Shown one piece after another: positions 50,559 through 52,194 of a stretch of DNA of 52,194 nt. How positions within the stretch are numbered: position 1 is the first letter of the stretch; each line of letters begins with the position of its first letter. Origin of the DNA: Azolla caroliniana. Lineage: Eukaryota; Plantae; Polypodiophyta. The notes under the pieces were generated by a model. The model searched no databases, was not told the origin of the DNA, and saw only the letters and a program-made list of their open reading frames with translations. The stretch lies in NCBI GenBank assembly GCA_043228905.1, contig JBHGNT010000210.1, positions 1 through 52,194 of the forward strand. Direction: 5' to 3'. The position numbers were made by a program, and so were the translations under genes.

Positions 50559-52194
50559 TCACTTCGGCATGGGATGTCTCTCCAATCCGACTCTCTTCCG
50601 GCACGCTCCCAGCTTGTCGGGTGTGAGCACTTTGGTCAGCATATCCGACCCGTTCTCGTCCGTGTGGACCTTCGTCAGCACGAACTCCTTGTCTTCTATC
50701 CTTTCCCGGATCCAGTGATATCTTCGCTGGATGTGCTTCGTCCGGGAGTGATAGGCCGCGTTCTTCGCAAGGTGGATGGCACTCTGACTGTCGCAGTAGA
50801 GTCGGTACTCCTCCTGCTGGATACCGAGCTCTCTAATGAAGTCCTTCATCCATATTATTTCTTTGCCGGCTTCAACAGCCGCCATGTACTCCGCCTCCGT
50901 GGTTGACAACGCAACCGTCTTCTGCAGCCTCGACTGCCACGAAACAGCTCCCCCTGCATACGTCATCACATACCCTGATGTGGACCGGCTGGTATCTGCA
51001 TCAGCCGACATATCAGAATCAGTAAAGCCTTCGAGTTCGGGCTTACCGGAGCCGAATCGGAGGCACACGTTTGCCGTGCCCTTCAGGTATCGGAGTATCC
51101 ACTTGACCGCGTTCCAGTGCTCTTTGCCGGGATTGCTCATGTACCGGCTCACCACTCCAACTGCATATCCTATGTCCGGTCTTGTACACACCATTGCGTA
51201 CATTAAGCTTCCGACGGCAGAGGCATATGGTACTTTCATCATGTCCTCCTTCTCAGCCTTTGTCTTGGGGCTTTGCTTGCTGGACAACTTGCAGTTTCCC
51301 GGGAGGGTTGACCCGACCGGTCTTGCTTCCGACATGTTGAACCGGTGAAGCACCTTTGTCACGTACTTCTCCTGTGACAGCCACAACTGCTTCTTCTTCC
51401 GGTCCCGGATGATGTGCATCCCTAATATTTGCCTCGCCGGACCCAGGTCCTTCATTGAGAAGGTTCGGTGAAGCGCTTTCTTCAGCGTCCGTATCTTGAC
51501 CTGGTCCCGTCCGACGATCAACATGTCGTCCACGTATAGGAGGAGTATTAGAGAGTCTCCTCCTTCGAACTTCTTCACAAACACGCAGTGATCGGACTGC
51601 GTTTTGTGGTACCCTTCGTCGGTCATGAAGGAGTCGAACTTCCGGTACCATTGCCGGGGAGCCTGCTTCAATCCGTACAGGCTTTTCTTCAATCGGCATA
51701 CAAGGTGCTCCTTCCCTTTCTTCTCGAATCCTTCCGGTTGCTGCATGTAGATCTCTTCTTCGAGGTCACCGTGAAGGAATGCCGTCTTCACGTCCATCTG
51801 TTCTACCTCGAGGTCCATGCTTGCCGCTATGCTCAGCACCGTCCGGATGGAGGTCATCTTCACTACCGGGGCGAATATCTCGTCGAAGTCGACGCCCTTC
51901 TTCTGCTGAAACCCCTTCACCACGATCCTGGCTTTGTATCTCGGGGGGTTTCCGGCATCTCCCGGTTTCAGCTTGAACACCCACTTGTTTCGAAGTGCCC
52001 GCTTTCCTTTCGGCAACTCCACAAGTTCATATGTGTGGTTCTCATGCAGGGAATCCATCTCGTCCTGCATGGCACTCAACCACCTGCGGCTCTGGGTGTC
52101 ATGCTTTGCTTCTTCAAAGCTCTCCGGCTCCCCTTCGTCGGTTAGCAGCACGTGCTCTGGTTCCGGAAATCTCCGGGGGGCCCTTCTCTCTCTT
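50559..52194 (-). CDS. pol: Copia-5 pol C-terminal part (RT and RNase H), uninterrupted; 5'-partial
   Basis: 530-aa open frame (50559-52151) with [62 protein letters not shown]. Confidence 0.95.
   Translation of the reverse strand, partial: RERRAPRRFPEPEHVLLTDEGEPESFEEAKHDTQSRRWLSAMQDEMDSLHENHTYELVELPKGKRALRNKWVFKLKPGDAGNPPRYKARIVVKGFQQKKGVDFDEIFAPVVKMTSIRTVLSIAASMDLEVEQMDVKTAFLHGDLEEEIYMQQPEGFEKKGKEHLVCRLKKSLYGLKQAPRQWYRKFDSFMTDEGYHKTQSDHCVFVKKFEGGDSLILLLYVDDMLIVGRDQVKIRTLKKALHRTFSMKDLGPARQILGMHIIRDRKKKQLWLSQEKYVTKVLHRFNMSEARPVGSTLPGNCKLSSKQSPKTKAEKEDMMKVPYASAVGSLMYAMVCTRPDIGYAVGVVSRYMSNPGKEHWNAVKWILRYLKGTANVCLRFGSGKPELEGFTDSDMSADADTSRSTSGYVMTYAGGAVSWQSRLQKTVALSTTEAEYMAAVEAGKEIIWMKDFIRELGIQQEEYRLYCDSQSAIHLAKNAAYHSRTKHIQRRYHWIRERIEDKEFVLTKVHTDENGSDMLTKVLTPDKLGACRKRVGLERHPMPK

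Larger units (their letters stand above)
49767..52194 (-). mobile_element. Ty1/Copia element (Copia-5, same lineage as Copia-4), 3' part; continues beyond the window
   Basis: 3' LTR about 49767-50548 (left edge could be 49776), adjacent PPT, open RT-RH frame. LTR motifs shared with Copia-4 (CGGCCACAACCGA, ACGTGGAAAACC, CTCCAACTATCACTA). Confidence 0.93.

Overview
A 52 kb plant nuclear region that is almost entirely transposon-derived. The TE families suggest a non-seed plant such as a fern or lycophyte (inference). No host gene can be supported, apart from a possible promoter/5' leader at the left edge. The core is one minus-strand L1-type LINE whose ends, defined by a 16-bp target-site duplication (7844-7859 and 40319-40334), lie about 32.5 kb apart. 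It has been expanded by nested insertion of four Ty1/Copia elements, one Ty3/Gypsy element with a long extra ORF, and five solo LTRs, and then rearranged by a ~13.6 kb inversion (about 16124-29745) and several deletions. To the right are a near full-length RTEX/L2-like LINE, a hAT transposase remnant, an old LINE fragment and a young Copia element with an open RT-RNaseH frame that runs off the window. The most unusual signals are: (1) a tRNA-Arg 3'-end sequence where the Gypsy element's polypurine tract should be; (2) a tRNA-derived Pol III A/B-box cassette inside a solo LTR; (3) two TGTC...GACA solo LTRs with 4-bp NCGT target duplications; (4) a conserved hairpin enclosing the PPT in three related Copia elements. 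All calls were made by eye, without database searches.
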